Shown: positions 55,175 to 64,000, counted from the first letter of the stretch. The stretch: 64,000 nucleotides of DNA from a bacterium (GCA_025782395.1 JALGZD010000218.1:4876-68875), one strand, 5' to 3'. The notes: generated by a model from the letters alone, not told the origin. Translations and numbers: made by a program.

Positions 55175-56380
55175 CTAGCCTGTCGCAAGCAACGGGAGCA
55201 CAAAATTGCTCTCAATGACCCCGGTAGCCGTCAGCGTCGCAGCGATCACACCAACAACAAGGACCGCTGCGGCAATCAGTTTGAACATGTCCTGTCCCTT
55301 GAGACCACCCAGGAGGATAGGCTCTCTGGAGAGGTAGGCACTGGCCGCGTAGAGTTCTTCTCCGATGAGTGTATAATCGCACGACGTAATGAAGAACGGA
55401 AGTTGAGTCACGGCATCCGTTCCGGCTATCTGAATGGCCCCGATAGAAGAGCCTGTCTCCGCAAGAACAAGTGACTCTGCGTAGAACATGCCCATATAGA
55501 GAATCGTCGCGGGGCGCTGGCGAACCATGATTCCGTTGACACCGGCGACGTATGCGAACTGGCTTCGAGTCAGATAGAAGACATCGTCCTCGTTGTAGGC
55601 GTCGGGCCTTCCGGCCTTCGCGTACGCCTCCTTAACGACCTCCTGCTCGACAGCCATCACAATCGGATCCGCGCAGGGAACGATGAGCTTCGTGTTGTAC
55701 TCCGCCGTCTTCTTCGCGACTTCTCCCAGAATATTGATCGCCGCAATCGTCGCTACGTCAGAGACTGAGGAGAGACCTGAGATGAAGAGGATCGGCTTGC
55801 CCATTTCCGTCGCGCGGCCGACGGCGTTGTCCATCTCATCGAGCCCCGCCAGGCGCCGGATAAACAGCTCTTTCCCCGACTTTGCCGCCGTGACGAAGTA
55901 GACAATCGATACAACGAAGATGATGACGGCCACCATCACATTGAGCCGAGACCTATTGAACCACTGAGAAAAGGCCTCCACGGGGCCGAACGTCCCCGAG
56001 AAGAACAGGGACTCGTCCGTATCGAGGGCCGCCACACGGTAGTATGTCGGCTCGCTGTTGTCTATCCCGCTGTCGCGGTACTCGGTCTCCCCATGGGGGA
56101 CCCGGCCCACGAAGACGAAACCCGTCTCCGGATGGGCGGACCGAAAAACCTCGTACCCGGCAACGATGCCATCATTGTCATCGTCCGCTGACAGCTCCCA
56201 CGTTACATCGATGGAGCTGCCACGATCGTTCGGCGTATCGACAGCCATCAGACCCGTGGGCGGCGCGATGGGCAAGAGCGTCTCCAGCGCAACCGTTTCC
56301 GTCTCTTCCTGTGCAAACACCGCGACAGGACATAAGAAAAGGGCCGCCACTGCTACGGAGAGCGCAACGAACCCTGCCAT
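55175..56380 (-). CDS. cassette copy 2 gene A (paralog of 51632..52855): FN3-like domain, TM, conserved domain, C-terminal TM
   Basis: Track ORF 55175..56461. Start placed at the ATG giving MAGFVALSVAVAALFLCPVAVFAQEE (signal peptide). Shares the long conserved block with copy 1 A. Confidence 0.5.
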   Translation of the reverse strand: MAGFVALSVAVAALFLCPVAVFAQEETETVALETLLPIAPPTGLMAVDTPNDRGSSIDVTWELSADDDNDGIVAGYEVFRSAHPETGFVFVGRVPHGETEYRDSGIDNSEPTYYRVAALDTDESLFFSGTFGPVEAFSQWFNRSRLNVMVAVIIFVVSIVYFVTAAKSGKELFIRRLAGLDEMDNAVGRATEMGKPILFISGLSSVSDVATIAAINILGEVAKKTAEYNTKLIVPCADPIVMAVEQEVVKEAYAKAGRPDAYNEDDVFYLTRSQFAYVAGVNGIMVRQRPATILYMGMFYAESLVLAETGSSIGAIQIAGTDAVTQLPFFITSCDYTLIGEELYAASAYLSREPILLGGLKGQDMFKLIAAAVLVVGVIAATLTATGVIESNFVLPLLATG

Positions 56381-56556
56381 TGGGCCTATGCCGCCAGACC
56401 GCCCTCTGTCACCGAGCATCAACCGCTCCTTTCGTGCTTCCGTAACGTCGAGGGTTCCCATGGAACCCCCGACGCACTCTGCATTCGATTGCCAAGAAGG
56501 CTATCAGACGATTCAGTCGGTGTCAAGCCTAAGGGACGTCGGCATGAGGAAGCTTG

Positions 56557-57681
56557 CTACCGCTCTATCATTTCCACGTTGGCGCGCGGCAGCACGGTCT
56601 CGGACCCGTCGGCGAGCTTCACCCCTAGAACACGCACCATCGACTCGGACTCCATCTTCCGGAGTTCGTTCGGGAGCTCCGTAACAACGCCGAGGCTGCC
56701 GAAGTGAGGCTCCCGGATGATGCGAATGCTGCTTCCGATCTCGAGTCCGGCGGAACTCGACGCGTCTTGGCCGTCAGGCAGCTCAGCATCCGGCATCGGA
56801 ATGACGATCTCCGGCCGCATGACCCCGGCCCTGATCTGGGTTGCGCCGTTGATAGATGCCTTCTTCCCCTCTCTCGATTTCAGGAGGCTGAATGTACCTC
56901 CGGCCATTGCCATCGCGCCGAATCCCTCAGTCAGGATCAGCGTTGTCGCAATGTCCTCGGAACCGGTGATGGCGACACCGAGGTCCTTTCCCAGAAGCTT
57001 CTTGAGATCCGGGTCATCGAACCCACCGACCACTATGCCGCTCACCCCCATCTTCATCGCCTGCTGAAACCCGGCCCAGTCGACGTGCGAGCCGCCGATC
57101 ACGACCTTGTTCTTCATCGACTTGTCAAAAAGGGAAGCCTCAAGCTTTTGGTCGGGGCTGTCGACGGCAACGCGTATCTCCCCCGCCGTCTCCCCGCCTA
57201 CGCCGAAGATACCCTGGATGAACGACCCCTTGACCTCGATCGCTACACCTTCGTTCTCGAAAACCTCAACTACCTCCCCGTCCACGTATGCGTCCACTTG
57301 GATTGGCATGGGAGGCTCGCGAAGGATAACCTGCCCCGTGATGGTAGAAATGCTGTCGAGAGTACCGTCACACGGCGAGTTGACGGTCGCCTTGAAGAGA
57401 CCGAAGAATCCCTTCGTCATGGCGATCGGTTTCCCCCTCTCAATGGGATCTCCCGCCTTCCTGATCATGACGGACGGGAGGTCCTCCGGCGGGAGACCGA
57501 GCTTGCTTGCAACATTGACTAGCTGCACGTTGCCGGGAAGATGAGTTCGAGCCACGATCGTGTCCGATGAGACGTGATCGCCCTTGGAGACGATCACCTC
57601 TCCCTTGATGGGCAGGCGTCGCTCCTTTCTGAGCACGGTCATCTCTGAAACTCGCAACCCTGGCGTGTATGCGTGGGCCAT
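56557..57681 (-). CDS. hypothetical protein with N-terminal barrel-sandwich-hybrid (NqrA/RnfC-N-like) domain and a Gly-rich alpha/beta domain
   Basis: 374 aa. N-terminal KGDHVSSDTIVART...NSPCDGTLDSI pattern resembles the NqrA/RnfC N-terminal hybrid barrel. No lipoyl-lysine motif, no TM. Confidence 0.35.
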   Translation of the reverse strand: MAHAYTPGLRVSEMTVLRKERRLPIKGEVIVSKGDHVSSDTIVARTHLPGNVQLVNVASKLGLPPEDLPSVMIRKAGDPIERGKPIAMTKGFFGLFKATVNSPCDGTLDSISTITGQVILREPPMPIQVDAYVDGEVVEVFENEGVAIEVKGSFIQGIFGVGGETAGEIRVAVDSPDQKLEASLFDKSMKNKVVIGGSHVDWAGFQQAMKMGVSGIVVGGFDDPDLKKLLGKDLGVAITGSEDIATTLILTEGFGAMAMAGGTFSLLKSREGKKASINGATQIRAGVMRPEIVIPMPDAELPDGQDASSSAGLEIGSSIRIIREPHFGSLGVVTELPNELRKMESESMVRVLGVKLADGSETVLPRANVEMIER

Positions 57682-57717
57682 GATCTGTTCTCCTCATTTT
57701 TGAGCGAATCGCCGGTG

Positions 57718-59520
57718 CTACGCCGGGTAGGCGTCAAGGGCCCTCGCCCACTTTTCCAGCTTCTGGACGCGCTTGTGCTCGTCGGTCGGAAGTTCGAAGG
57801 GACGTCCTCTGGTATCCACTATGAGTCCAACCACGCCACCGGTGAGTGTGCACTCGAGCGGCTTGCCGGCCCCCGCGCCCAGGTTGAATCCCTTCGCCGG
57901 AGTGAGCTTGGCGTTCACGGACTCTCCGATGGCGAGTGGGTAGACGATCATCTCACCGAACGGGATGTCATCGTTGACCACCGTGCCGTTCGGCAGCCTC
58001 GCCTCTACCTTCAGACAGGGCTTACCTTCCTGGGAAATCCCCACAGGAGACACGAGCGTCCCAAGGTAGATGAGGCAGTCTTTCTCGAACACCTCGGTCG
58101 CAGCCTTCTCGTGGACGCCCGCCAGAACCCCGAGCTGCGGCATCATGAAGATGGAGTCGACCGCCAGCTGCGTTATCCCCGCCGGCAAGAACGCATCTAT
58201 CATCATGAGAGCGGCCTGCTGTCTCCGCGGAGCATGAGAGAGAACACCGCCGGAACCGACCAGGATATCAAGATCCATCATGTTGACGAGCGTCTCACCT
58301 GAAGCCGACTGGCTGAACGCCTCGGAGATGGTTCGCTCCTGCTGGACGCCCTTCAAGCCTACCGCGAACGACTTGTGCTGGACGAATGCCAGCCTGAGCG
58401 CCTCTCGTGCTATCGCCTGCTCGATCTTGAGGTCTTCGAGCGACTGAGGAACCGTCGTCGGCCGGATCATCTTGTTCTTGATCCGGTTCCGCACCGACAG
58501 TTCCGGGAGCTTGAACGGAACCCACCGCATGACATTGTCGATCCCGGCCTCAGCCAGCACGTTTGAGACCGAGTAGCTCATGCCGAGGTTGGCGGAGACG
58601 GTTCGATTGAAGGTGTGCTGAAAGACTGAGAAGATGTCCGTCGTGGCTCCCCCGATATCGACGCCGACAACCTCGATTCCCCGCTGCTCTGCGATGGTCT
58701 GCATGATCAAACCGACGGCTCCCGGAGTCGGCATGATGGGCGCATCCGTCCAGCCCATCAGCTTGTTGTACCCGGGCGCCTGCGCCATGACGTGCTCCAT
58801 GAAAAGCTCGTGGATCTCTTCCCTCGCGGGTCCCAGGTTCTCCCTCTCCAGGACGGGACGGAGATTGTCGACCATCGAGAGGGCGGTCTTTTCGGCGAGC
58901 AAGTCGGTGACCTCGTCGCGGGCGTCTACATTGCCGGCGAAGATGACCGGAAGGTTGTAGCCCATACCCAGACGAGGCTTGGGATCGGCTGCGGAGATGA
59001 CCTGGCCCAGCTCGACTACGTGCGTAACTGTCCCGCCGTCGATGCCGCCCGAGAGCAGTATCATGTCGGGCCTTAGATGTCTGATCCGCTCGATCTGCTC
59101 GTGAGGAAGCCTCCCGTCGTTGGAAGCCAGGACGTCCATCACGATGGCGCCCGCGCCCAGCGCTGCTCTCTCCGCGCTCTCGGCCGTCATGCTCTTCACC
59201 ACACCCGCCACCATCATCTGGAGGCCACCGCCCGCGCTCGAGGTAGACAGGTAGAGATCGACACCTCTGTCTCCTCCGTCGCTTGGATGGATGAACGTCT
59301 CTCCATCCAGAATCGTGTGCCCGGACAGCTCCTCCACCTCCCGAACCGCGTTCAACACGCCTCTGGTCACATCCTCGAACGGAGCCTCGACCGTCGTCGG
59401 CGCCTCTCCCCTGACGACGAGCCTGTACTCCCCGTCGACCAGCTTGATGAGAATCGCCTTCGTGGTCGTGCTCCCGCAGTCGGTGGCGACTATGGCCCTG
59501 ATCTTCCCGTTCTCACTCAT
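57718..59520 (-). CDS. ASKHA-fold (actin-like ATPase) protein of the GlmL/MutL glutamate-mutase-accessory-like family, unusually long (~600 aa)
   Basis: Track ORF to 59541; start probably MSENGKIRAIVATDCGSTTTKAILI (D-x-GST-x-TK phosphate-1 motif). Second nucleotide-binding block VGVDIGGATTDIFSV. No GlmE/GlmS genes nearby. Confidence 0.4.
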   Translation of the reverse strand: MSENGKIRAIVATDCGSTTTKAILIKLVDGEYRLVVRGEAPTTVEAPFEDVTRGVLNAVREVEELSGHTILDGETFIHPSDGGDRGVDLYLSTSSAGGGLQMMVAGVVKSMTAESAERAALGAGAIVMDVLASNDGRLPHEQIERIRHLRPDMILLSGGIDGGTVTHVVELGQVISAADPKPRLGMGYNLPVIFAGNVDARDEVTDLLAEKTALSMVDNLRPVLERENLGPAREEIHELFMEHVMAQAPGYNKLMGWTDAPIMPTPGAVGLIMQTIAEQRGIEVVGVDIGGATTDIFSVFQHTFNRTVSANLGMSYSVSNVLAEAGIDNVMRWVPFKLPELSVRNRIKNKMIRPTTVPQSLEDLKIEQAIAREALRLAFVQHKSFAVGLKGVQQERTISEAFSQSASGETLVNMMDLDILVGSGGVLSHAPRRQQAALMMIDAFLPAGITQLAVDSIFMMPQLGVLAGVHEKAATEVFEKDCLIYLGTLVSPVGISQEGKPCLKVEARLPNGTVVNDDIPFGEMIVYPLAIGESVNAKLTPAKGFNLGAGAGKPLECTLTGGVVGLIVDTRGRPFELPTDEHKRVQKLEKWARALDAYPA

Positions 59521-59887
59521 CAGCACCTTCCTCTGGTTCATCGGCCGCGCGCTTCGCCTCCTTACGCCGCCTCTTTTCTTTCCTGGTCTTCTGTTGCTCC
59601 TCCGCCTCGAGTTCCTCTATGCGTCGAAGAAGACGCTCCACGTTCTCCCTGTCTTCCAGGAGCGTCATGATATCGTCGTAGCTCTTGAAGGTGAAGATGC
59701 TCTGAACGATGGGCTGGAAAAAGACCATCGTCTGGTTTCCGAGGAACGACAGGGGCTTGACCGACTCCAGAAACAGGATCGCCGGGGTTGCGAGCCGTCG
59801 CTCGACGATTTTCTGAGCGAACCGGTCCAGCACCTCAGACGGCTCCTTGTCCTCCGTCTCCTCCTTTGCCGCTCTCATCGACCACAT
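59513..59887 (-). CDS. small acidic/basic coiled-coil hypothetical protein
   Basis: 124 aa. C-terminal EELEAEEQQKTRKEKRRRKEAKRAADE charged helix. Confidence 0.3.
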   Translation of the reverse strand: MWSMRAAKEETEDKEPSEVLDRFAQKIVERRLATPAILFLESVKPLSFLGNQTMVFFQPIVQSIFTFKSYDDIMTLLEDRENVERLLRRIEELEAEEQQKTRKEKRRRKEAKRAADEPEEGADE

Positions 59888-60305
59888 CCCTCACGTCCTC
59901 CTCGCGGTTCACAATCATCCGCTCGACAACAGCCATGACCTCGTCGCGGTTGCCGTGAAACTGGAGCGACACACCGCGAAAGCGTTCGAGCCTCGAGCGA
60001 CCGACGAAGGGAGAAAGAAGCACGCCCTCACGATCCTTGTGGAAGCTCCGGAACTCGCTCCAGCTCTTTTCTTTTCTGCTCACGAGTCCCTTGACGAAGA
60101 CGCTCTCATCTGTAAGGCTGTAGTGCGTCGGCAGGTAGAAGCCGGCGACCTGCCCCCACATCAGGAGCACTGCCAGAACAGTGAAATAGCCGGTTTCGAG
60201 CCAGCTTTGAAGAGTCCACGCCAAGAGAGCGATGACGGCCAGTCCGGCCACCGCCCTGACAGGACTCCTGAGCATCGGCCAAGCCGTCCAGGAGAGCTCC
60301 GCCAC
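59835..60305 (-). CDS. membrane protein with two N-terminal TM helices and a bacterial PH-like (bPH/YdbS-type) domain
   Basis: 156 aa. Two hydrophobic segments, then SLTDESVFVKGLVSRKEKSWSEFRSFHKDREGVLL, reminiscent of membrane-proximal bPH domains. Confidence 0.35.
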   Translation of the reverse strand: MAELSWTAWPMLRSPVRAVAGLAVIALLAWTLQSWLETGYFTVLAVLLMWGQVAGFYLPTHYSLTDESVFVKGLVSRKEKSWSEFRSFHKDREGVLLSPFVGRSRLERFRGVSLQFHGNRDEVMAVVERMIVNREEDVRDVVDESGKGGDGGQGAV

Positions 60306-60307
60306 GG

Positions 60308-61801
60308 TCAGCCCCGCCTCCAGCTCACGTCCAGATCCTTGGAAGCCCGGACTTCGTCCAGTCTGCCGACAGGAGTCCGGCTCGGTGCACCTTTGACAAC
60401 CTCAGGGGTGAACTCGCTCTCACGAGCGATATCTATCATGACGCTGATGAAGTGATCGAGTGAGCGTTTGCTTTCGCTCTCCGTCGGCTCGATCATGAGC
60501 GCCTCGCTGACAATGAGGGGGAAGTAGACGGTCGGGGCGTGCACGCCGAAGTCCAGAAGCCGCTTCGCCACATCGAGCGCCTTGACGCCGTGCTCCTTCT
60601 GTCTGGATGCCGAGAGCACGAACTCGTGCTGGCAGTAGTCCTTGTATGGAAGCTCGTAGTGTCCTTCGAGCTTATGCTGCAAGTAGTTGGCATTCAGGAG
60701 AGCGTTCTCCGCGGCTCTCCTCAACCCCGCCGGGCCGAGCGTGAGGATGTACGAATACGCTTTGACCATCACAAGGAAATTGCCGTAGACCCCGTGGACC
60801 TTGCCGATCGACTTCGGGCGTTCATAGTCAAGGTAGTACTCGATTCCCCTGGATCTTGCTTCATCCCGGGCGATCACCGGATAAGGCAGATAGTCGGCCA
60901 GTCTGTTCGTCACACCTACGGGTCCGGATCCAGGACCGCCTCCGCCGTGCGGAGATGAGAACGTCTTGTGCAGGTTGAAATGCATGAGGTCGAACCCGAT
61001 GTCCCCCGGCCGAACGATGCCCATGAGGGCATTCAGATTCGCGCCATCCATGTAGACCAGCCCACCCACACCGTGCACGATCTCGATGATCTCCGAGATC
61101 CTGCTCTCGAACACGCCGAGCGTGTTCGGATTCGTTATCATGATGGCCGCCGTCTCGCTGTCGACGATCCGTCTGAGTTCATCCACATCCACGCGCCCAG
61201 AGCTATCCGACTTGATCTCGACCGCCTCGTAACCGGCGAGTGTGAGGCTGGCAGGATTCGTTCCGTGGGCGGAGTCGGGCACGATGACCTTGGATCGGGG
61301 GTTCCCCTTGTCAGTGTGGTAGGCCCTGACAATGAGCATTCCAGTCAGCTCACCGGACGCACCTGCGGGTGGCTGCAGCGAGACCTGGTCCATGCCGGAG
61401 ATAGCCGCCAGATGCTTTGCCAGATCGTGCATCAGCGCCAGTGCGCCCTGCGAGTCGGTCGCGTCCGCCTCCGGATGGAGACGCGTAAAGCCCGGCAGCT
61501 GCGCCACGTCCTCGTTCACCTTGGGGTTGTACTTCATCGTGCAGGACCCGAGAGGATAGAAACCCCGATCCACGTGGTGATTCATCTCGGCCAACCGCGT
61601 GAAATGCCTCACCACCTCCGGCTCTGTGAGCTCGGGAAAGTCGGGCTCAACGCTCCGCACCTGATTCTCGCCGAACACCTCCACCGGATCGATCGGCGGC
61701 ACGTCCAGCGGGGGAAAGCGGTAGCCCCTTCGGCCGGGTGAACTGAGTTCGAAGATGGTCGGCTCGACAACGGTCTTCTGTCTTTCAGCGGCGCCGCTCA
61801 T
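60308..61801 (-). CDS. gcvPB: glycine dehydrogenase (decarboxylating) subunit 2
   Basis: 497 aa. PLP-dependent fold, GcvPB motifs (HLNLHKTFS... with conserved Lys, GSCTMKYNPK). Confidence 0.9.
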   Translation of the reverse strand: MSGAAERQKTVVEPTIFELSSPGRRGYRFPPLDVPPIDPVEVFGENQVRSVEPDFPELTEPEVVRHFTRLAEMNHHVDRGFYPLGSCTMKYNPKVNEDVAQLPGFTRLHPEADATDSQGALALMHDLAKHLAAISGMDQVSLQPPAGASGELTGMLIVRAYHTDKGNPRSKVIVPDSAHGTNPASLTLAGYEAVEIKSDSSGRVDVDELRRIVDSETAAIMITNPNTLGVFESRISEIIEIVHGVGGLVYMDGANLNALMGIVRPGDIGFDLMHFNLHKTFSSPHGGGGPGSGPVGVTNRLADYLPYPVIARDEARSRGIEYYLDYERPKSIGKVHGVYGNFLVMVKAYSYILTLGPAGLRRAAENALLNANYLQHKLEGHYELPYKDYCQHEFVLSASRQKEHGVKALDVAKRLLDFGVHAPTVYFPLIVSEALMIEPTESESKRSLDHFISVMIDIARESEFTPEVVKGAPSRTPVGRLDEVRASKDLDVSWRRG

Positions 61802-63153
61802 CAGGCCCCCCTCGAAACGATGATGGCTTCGAGTCCGGACACGAGAGAGTCGATGTCCTCACGCGAGTGTCTCTCTGTGACCGAGACAAGAAGGCAGTTC
61901 GGCATGTCGTCGTAGTAGCATCCGCACTTGATTCCGGGCCAGATACCGACCTCGGAGAGGGCCTCCTTCGCTGTGCCGGCCTCGAACGGGAGTTCGATGA
62001 CGAACTCCCGGAAGAACGCTCCACCGAACTTGAGCTTGATGCCGCGCACGAGAGAGAGTTGCTCCGCCGCGTAGCGGGTCTTCGCGGCCACCTGCAACGC
62101 CAGCTCGCTCAGCCCCGCACGCCCGAGGAGCGACATCTGCACGGTCGCCGCGAGCGCCACGAGACCCTGATTCGTACATATGTTCGATGTCGCCTTCTCG
62201 CGACGAATGTGCTGCTCCCGCGTCTGGAGCGTCATCACATACCCGCGCCGCCCCTCGGCATCGCTGGTCGCTCCAATGATCCGACCCGGCATGCGGCGGG
62301 CGTGCTTCCGGCCGGCCGCGATGAAGCCCAGAAGCGGCCCACCGAAGGCCACTGCCACGCCGAGCGACTGCGCCTCCCCGATCGCTATGGTCGCCCCGTA
62401 CTCCGAGGGCGGCTTCAGAAGCGCAAGGGAGACGGGATCTACGGATGCGACGAGAGGCGCTCCCGACTCCCTGACGATCCCACCTATTCGGTCGACTGGT
62501 TCCAGGAGCCCAAAGAAGTTCGGATGCTGAATGAGAACGGCGCCCGCGTTCTCGAGCTTCGCTTCGAGCGCAGCGACATCCGTGACACCCGAGTCCATCG
62601 GTATCTCAACGAGCTCCAGGTCTGTCGCCATGAGATATGTCCTGAGAACGCTTCTGAGAGCTGGATTCGCGGTGCTCGAAACGAGCACTCTCTTACGGCG
62701 GCTGATGGCCGTCGCCATCAGCACCGCCTCGGCTCCGGCGGTCGCACCATCGTACAGCGAAGCGTTCGCGACATCGAAACCCGTGAGTCTCGTGATCAGC
62801 GACTGAAACTCGTAGATGGCCTGGAGGGTTCCCTGACTCACCTCAGCTTGATACGGCGTGTACGCCGTGTAGAAATGCGGCAGCCCGGTGATGTGTCCCA
62901 CCGCCGCGGCAGTAGCATGATCGTAGATGCCGCCTCCGAGGAAGGAGACAACGTCATCGGGCACCCGGTTCATAGCCGCGAGGTGCTGCATGTGGCGCGT
63001 GAGTTCGAGCTCCGACAACGGACCGGGAACGTCGAGATCGCCTTCCGTGCGCAGCTCTCTGGGAATACCGACGATCAGGTCGTCGAATGACTTCGCCCCG
63101 ATCTCGCGCAGCATCTCCCGCCGGTCTTCATCGGTGTTGGGTACGTACGGCAC
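61801..63153 (-). CDS. gcvPA: glycine dehydrogenase (decarboxylating) subunit 1
   Basis: 450 aa. MPYVPNTDEDRREMLREIG... typical GcvPA N-terminus. Stop overlaps the gcvPB start. Confidence 0.9.
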   Translation of the reverse strand: MPYVPNTDEDRREMLREIGAKSFDDLIVGIPRELRTEGDLDVPGPLSELELTRHMQHLAAMNRVPDDVVSFLGGGIYDHATAAAVGHITGLPHFYTAYTPYQAEVSQGTLQAIYEFQSLITRLTGFDVANASLYDGATAGAEAVLMATAISRRKRVLVSSTANPALRSVLRTYLMATDLELVEIPMDSGVTDVAALEAKLENAGAVLIQHPNFFGLLEPVDRIGGIVRESGAPLVASVDPVSLALLKPPSEYGATIAIGEAQSLGVAVAFGGPLLGFIAAGRKHARRMPGRIIGATSDAEGRRGYVMTLQTREQHIRREKATSNICTNQGLVALAATVQMSLLGRAGLSELALQVAAKTRYAAEQLSLVRGIKLKFGGAFFREFVIELPFEAGTAKEALSEVGIWPGIKCGCYYDDMPNCLLVSVTERHSREDIDSLVSGLEAIIVSRGA

Positions 63154-63155
63154 TT

Positions 63156-63533
63156 CTATCCTTTCGTGTGTTCCTCGTACTCGTCGGCCGTCATGAGACC
63201 GTCCACGGCGGAAGCATCGTCAACCTTGAGTTTGACGATCCAACCTTCTCCGTACGGATCGGAGTTGACGAGATCGGGACTGTCCTCCAGAGCCGCATTC
63301 GCATCGACTACGTCGCCGGCGACCGGCGCATAGATCTCGCTGACGCTCTTCACCGATTCGACCGTCGTGAGTACGTCACCGGCGGCAACGTGCGTTCCTG
63401 CTGCCGGCAGTTCGACGAAAACGATGTCTCCGAGCTCGCCCTGCGCGTAGTCGGTCAGACCAATGAGCGCGTCGTTACCCTTCATTTTCAACCACTCGTG
63501 TGATTTCGTGAATCTGAGATCCCGCTTGCTCAT
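63156..63533 (-). CDS. gcvH: glycine cleavage system H protein (lipoyl carrier)
   Basis: 125 aa. Lipoyl-lysine motif ESVKSVSEIYAPVAG. Confidence 0.9.
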   Translation of the reverse strand: MSKRDLRFTKSHEWLKMKGNDALIGLTDYAQGELGDIVFVELPAAGTHVAAGDVLTTVESVKSVSEIYAPVAGDVVDANAALEDSPDLVNSDPYGEGWIVKLKVDDASAVDGLMTADEYEEHTKG

Positions 63534-63573
63534 CCCTCACCTCATCAGATCGTTTGTCCCCGAATGCCGCTAC

Positions 63574-64000
63574 CTATCTGCTGCGCACGGTCCCGTTCCT
63601 GTAGAAAGGTAGCGAGACCGTTGCGGCAGGAATCGTCCTGTTTCGTATCTCTATCCCGAGAGGGCCGTCGGTTCCCGCCGCGACGTAGCCCATACCGATG
63701 CCTTTCTCAAGGCTCGGTGAGAATGTACCGCTCGTCACAACGCCGACCTCGCGTCCCTCAGAGAGAATCCTGTGCCCGTGTCGCGGCACTCCTCTTTCCT
63801 TGAGTTCAAACCCAACGAGGCGCTCCTCCGGCCCGCCCTGTTTCAGCTCAAGAATCGCATCTCTTCCGACGAAATCGCCCTTCTTGAGCTTTGTTATCCA
63901 CATGAGTCCGCTCTCGACCGGCGTGTGCTTCTCATCGATGTCGTTACCGTAGAGTGCGTAGCCCATCTCAAGCCGCAGAGTGTCCCGACAACCCAACCCA
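63574..64000 (-). CDS. gcvT: glycine cleavage system aminomethyltransferase T protein, C-terminal part (gene continues beyond the window end)
   Basis: C-terminal GcvT barrel domain (GREVGVVTSGTFSPSLEKGIGMGYV). Confidence 0.85.
   Translation of the reverse strand, partial: GLGCRDTLRLEMGYALYGNDIDEKHTPVESGLMWITKLKKGDFVGRDAILELKQGGPEERLVGFELKERGVPRHGHRILSEGREVGVVTSGTFSPSLEKGIGMGYVAAGTDGPLGIEIRNRTIPAATVSLPFYRNGTVRSR

Noticed and set aside
1-64000. Mobile elements, prophage, rRNA/tRNA genes
   Set aside because: I recognised no transposase, integrase or recombinase ORFs, terminal inverted repeats, or tRNA-like cloverleaf signatures (such as GTTCGAATC T-loops) in the intergenic regions by eye. A tRNAscan or Infernal run would be needed to be certain.

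Overview
This is a high-GC (roughly 60-65%) bacterial chromosome segment. It is densely coded and most genes lie on the minus strand. I found no rRNA, tRNA, CRISPR array or transposase/integrase genes.

The housekeeping core includes clpC-mcsB-mcsA, lolCD, lysS, prfB, coaE, polA, nadD, bamD, lpdA, lysC and a gcvT-H-PA-PB operon. prfB carries the canonical programmed +1 frameshift site (CTT TGA C).

The accessory content has several parts:
- Type-A T9SS C-terminal sorting domains occur on two large secreted proteins. Each is followed by a paralogous FadL/PorV-PorQ-like outer-membrane barrel, four barrels in total. One such operon is headed by a TonB-dependent receptor.
- A MacAB-TolC-type efflux operon is present.
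- A TonB-ExbB-ExbD-ExbD locus sits next to two paralogous PKD-like lipoproteins.
- The most unusual element is a tandemly duplicated four-gene cassette (A-B-C-D twice, about 7 kb) of uncharacterised membrane proteins. It lies on one strand between a GlmL-like ATPase-fold protein and a lipoate-protein ligase, downstream of the gcv operon.

The T9SS and PorV-type content points to an FCB-superphylum-like diderm organism, but that is an inference. All calls rest on reading the ORF translations by eye for motifs. No database search was run.
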